From positions 33,289,899 to 33,353,898 of the forward strand of contig NC_081368.1 in NCBI RefSeq assembly GCF_030684315.1: a stretch of DNA of 64,000 nucleotides, read 5' to 3'. The notes under the pieces are model-generated. The model ran no database searches and was not told where the DNA came from. It saw nothing but the letters and a program-made list of their open reading frames with translations. Position 1 is the stretch's first letter; each line of letters opens with the position of its first letter. The translations under genes were made by a program, and so were the position numbers. This DNA is from Stegostoma tigrinum. Taxonomy: Eukaryota. Below are positions 61,480 to 64,000 of this stretch, piece by piece.

Positions 61480-62500
61480 TGTCAAAATTTGAGGTGACAC
61501 AAAGTTTGGAAGTATTGTGAACTGTTAACGGGATTACAGTAGTCTTCAGTATATCAACTGGCACTCATGTGGCACGTGACATTTGATACAGAAAAATGTG
61601 AAGCAGTACGTTTTGGAATAAAAGATAACAAGGGCCAATCTAAAGAGTCGTATTCCAAAGTGGTGGCAGGAACAGATACCTTGGGAGTACATACACAAAT
61701 TGTTGCAGGTCACAGCTGTTTTAGGGAATCAAGAAACTTATGCAATGTGTAGGAAAGTGGAATTGAAGCCCAAGGTCAGCCAGGGTCATACTGAATCAAG
61801 CAGCAAGGACTTATGGTCTACTCCTGTTCATTTATTTATTTGCCCTGCAAGGCAAGAATATAAATTGTTAAGAAGGCAAACAGGATCCTGGGCCTCATAA
61901 ATACCAGCATGGAGTACAGAAACAAGAATGTTATGAATCATTACCAAAAAAAAACACACCGATTTGGCCTCAACTGAAATATTGTATACAATTCTGGGCA
62001 ATAATCTTCAAGAAAGCTATGGAGGCTTTAATGAGTGTGTGGAAGAGATTTACAATTGCTCCAGGGCTGAGAGAATAGAAGGATAAATTAGAGAAACTGA
62101 AGTTGTTTGTCTTAGAGAAAAGAATATTTAGAGGAAATTTGATAGTATTTAAAACCATGAGGTATCTAGACAGAGTAGATAGTGGTAAACTGCTTCTGTA
62201 AGCAGAAGGTTGAGAATTGTAGAGCACAGAATTATGGTAATTGCTTCTTTTTCCAATATACCAAATGGTTCGGGTCCAGAATGCTATGCATGTACGTGTG
62301 TTGGCGAGTGTCTGCTGGAAGCATATTTATTTGCAATTTTCAAAAAAAGAAAAAAAAAATTGGATAAATAGCCGAATCGAAAAAATATGCACAGCTTTAG
62401 CAAATTAATGGAGTAATCAGACTGGTTTGGTTGCTTTCACAGAGACATAGCATGAACTTGACAAATCAAATTCTTCTGAGCCATAATCATTCTAAGAACA
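61480..62500 (+). mobile_element. Old CR1 RT 3' fragment(s)
   Basis: WHVTFDTEKCEAVRFG (ORF 61567-61752), ggcctcaactgaaatattgtatacaattctgg (RPQLKYCIQFW), ttagaggaaatttgatag. Confidence 0.75.
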
Positions 62501-62891
62501 GCACAAACATGAATAAGGCACAGTTTTTTGTTTAAAAGTAAGAACCCCTTAGCTTATTTTGTCTCTATTTTTTGAAGATATAGAAAGTGCCCAGAGGTTG
62601 AAAATGCTTGGACAGGGATAACTGAGGTCGTATTAGCCAGTTGCTGATAGAGTGCATGAGAAACTGAGAGATGCACACAGGCAATGGAGTCTCATTCTTA
62701 ATTACGTGAATAATGTGAGAGCCATGCATAAATATGAGTAGAAACACTGACAGACTTTCACCTGTTGAAGTCAAAGGATTGGGCAAAATATAGCACTGTA
62801 ACTCAGAATGCAATCTGCACCTAGGAATTCAAATTTGATTGCATGGTATGACATCGTGATGCACCAATGTATTAATTTTAACTTCACTCAC

Positions 62892-63018
62892 CTGATTCAG
62901 ATCTGCCACAGTTTCTTCGAGGTCAATTTTCTGTTTCATTGAAGCATGTAGACAATCCACAACTGATTGTCTGGGCTGCATTCCTCTGTCAAAACGGTTG
63001 TACATACCACACCAGAAT
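62892..63018 (-). CDS. MTMR8: Myotubularin-related protein 8, penultimate coding exon (end of phosphatase region + coiled coil); upstream exons lie beyond the window
   Basis: ttttcttgacaag|A TTC TGG...AAT CAG|gtgagt, 127 nt, encoding FWCGMYNRFDRGMQPRQSVVDCLHASMKQKIDLEETVADLNQ, an MTMR6/7/8 signature. Position next to ASB12 and AMER1 indicates MTMR8. Confidence 0.92.
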
Positions 63019-64000
63019 CTTGTCAAGAAAACAGACTCAAGTTCATAAAGGTAACAGCACTTCAACAAATGGCAGTAAACTGTCACAGTCAAAAAACGCT
63101 ATTGTGGAGTGTATAATCACTGATAAATTTTCAAAGCTTACATGAATAAATCGAAACTTAAGGAACCTCTGAAGATTAAACTTATTTTTATTACAAATCA
63201 AAATATAATAAAAGAATGAATAGCAAACATATTACGTGCTCAATAATTGGATGTTTCAGTCTAAGGAAATGAATTCAAGTCATTCCATTTATTACAGTTG
63301 AATACTTTGTTGATCTTCGACTGCACCAAATCAGACAGAGCTGTACATGTAGATTATAACAATAGAATTTGGTATCGCAAAGAAAAAATTAAAGTCAGGT
63401 GATTCATTGACCCCAGGCTTAGCTTAAAAGCAGCAAAAGCCAAGAAGGAACATGCTGGCCAATTCTTTTATTTGGAATACAACATACAGCTTAAACTTTT
63501 TATCCCCAAGATAAAGTCTATGCTTGACTTATCCAAGACATAAGACAAGAAAATTATTTCATCAGTGGAAACATAGATGCCATCAACACAGCATTTTGTT
63601 ACAAGATGCAATTGTGTAATTTTTCAAAAGATTTATTCATGGGATGTGTGTAACTGGCTATGTCAGCATTTACTGCCTCTTCCCAATTGCTCTTGATAAG
63701 GTGATAGTGAGCCACCTGTAAGATTATCATTTGACTGACAGTATGGTTTCATAGATTCTTATTTCACTGTTGCAATTGGCTGTTCTTCATACATGAATCT
63801 TACTCAAACATGAAGAGCATTGCAGCTAAGTCAAATACACATCTCAATGCAAAAATGCACATATTAACCCCCAACATTTACTTCGAATCAGAATGAGAGC
63901 TACGGTGAAGGACTGGGAACTCTTGATAACGTCCTGCAATACATTTTCCACAGGACATCCATCATCTTTAATGAAAATGTTTTCATAAATAGTCAAAGAT

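Overview
Vertebrate nuclear DNA, almost certainly from a cartilaginous fish (shark), judged from the HE1/V-SINEs, the dense CR1 LINEs and the Penelope-derived short repeats. Three minus-strand genes lie in the same order and orientation as at human Xq11. MTMR8 is represented by its last two coding exons (62892-63018 and 57631-57954). ASB12 has an ankyrin-repeat exon (43349-44165) and a SOCS-box exon missed by the ORF track (37546-37682), about 317 aa in total. AMER1/WTX has a single 1208-aa coding exon (10185-13811), a putative non-coding exon 1 in a CpG island near 25.7-26.0 kb and a putative 3.7-kb 3' UTR. The rest is mainly decayed CR1, L2-like and Rex1 LINEs, SINEs and Penelope-like elements (PLEs). 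The most notable observations are: (1) many minimal hammerhead-ribozyme cores (CTGAnGA-stem-GAAACGTC) carried by PLE ends and short PLE-derived elements, including two copies of a palindromic, TSD-flanked double-hammerhead mini-element; (2) a perfect 173-bp inverted repeat inside the putative AMER1 3' UTR; (3) a KEAP1-type ETGE motif in a different part of AMER1 from the human one; (4) a uORF-rich AMER1 leader and a 31-bp minisatellite next to its promoter; (5) candidate alternative MTMR8 3' exons. All calls were made by eye; TE boundaries are approximate and no search or folding was run.
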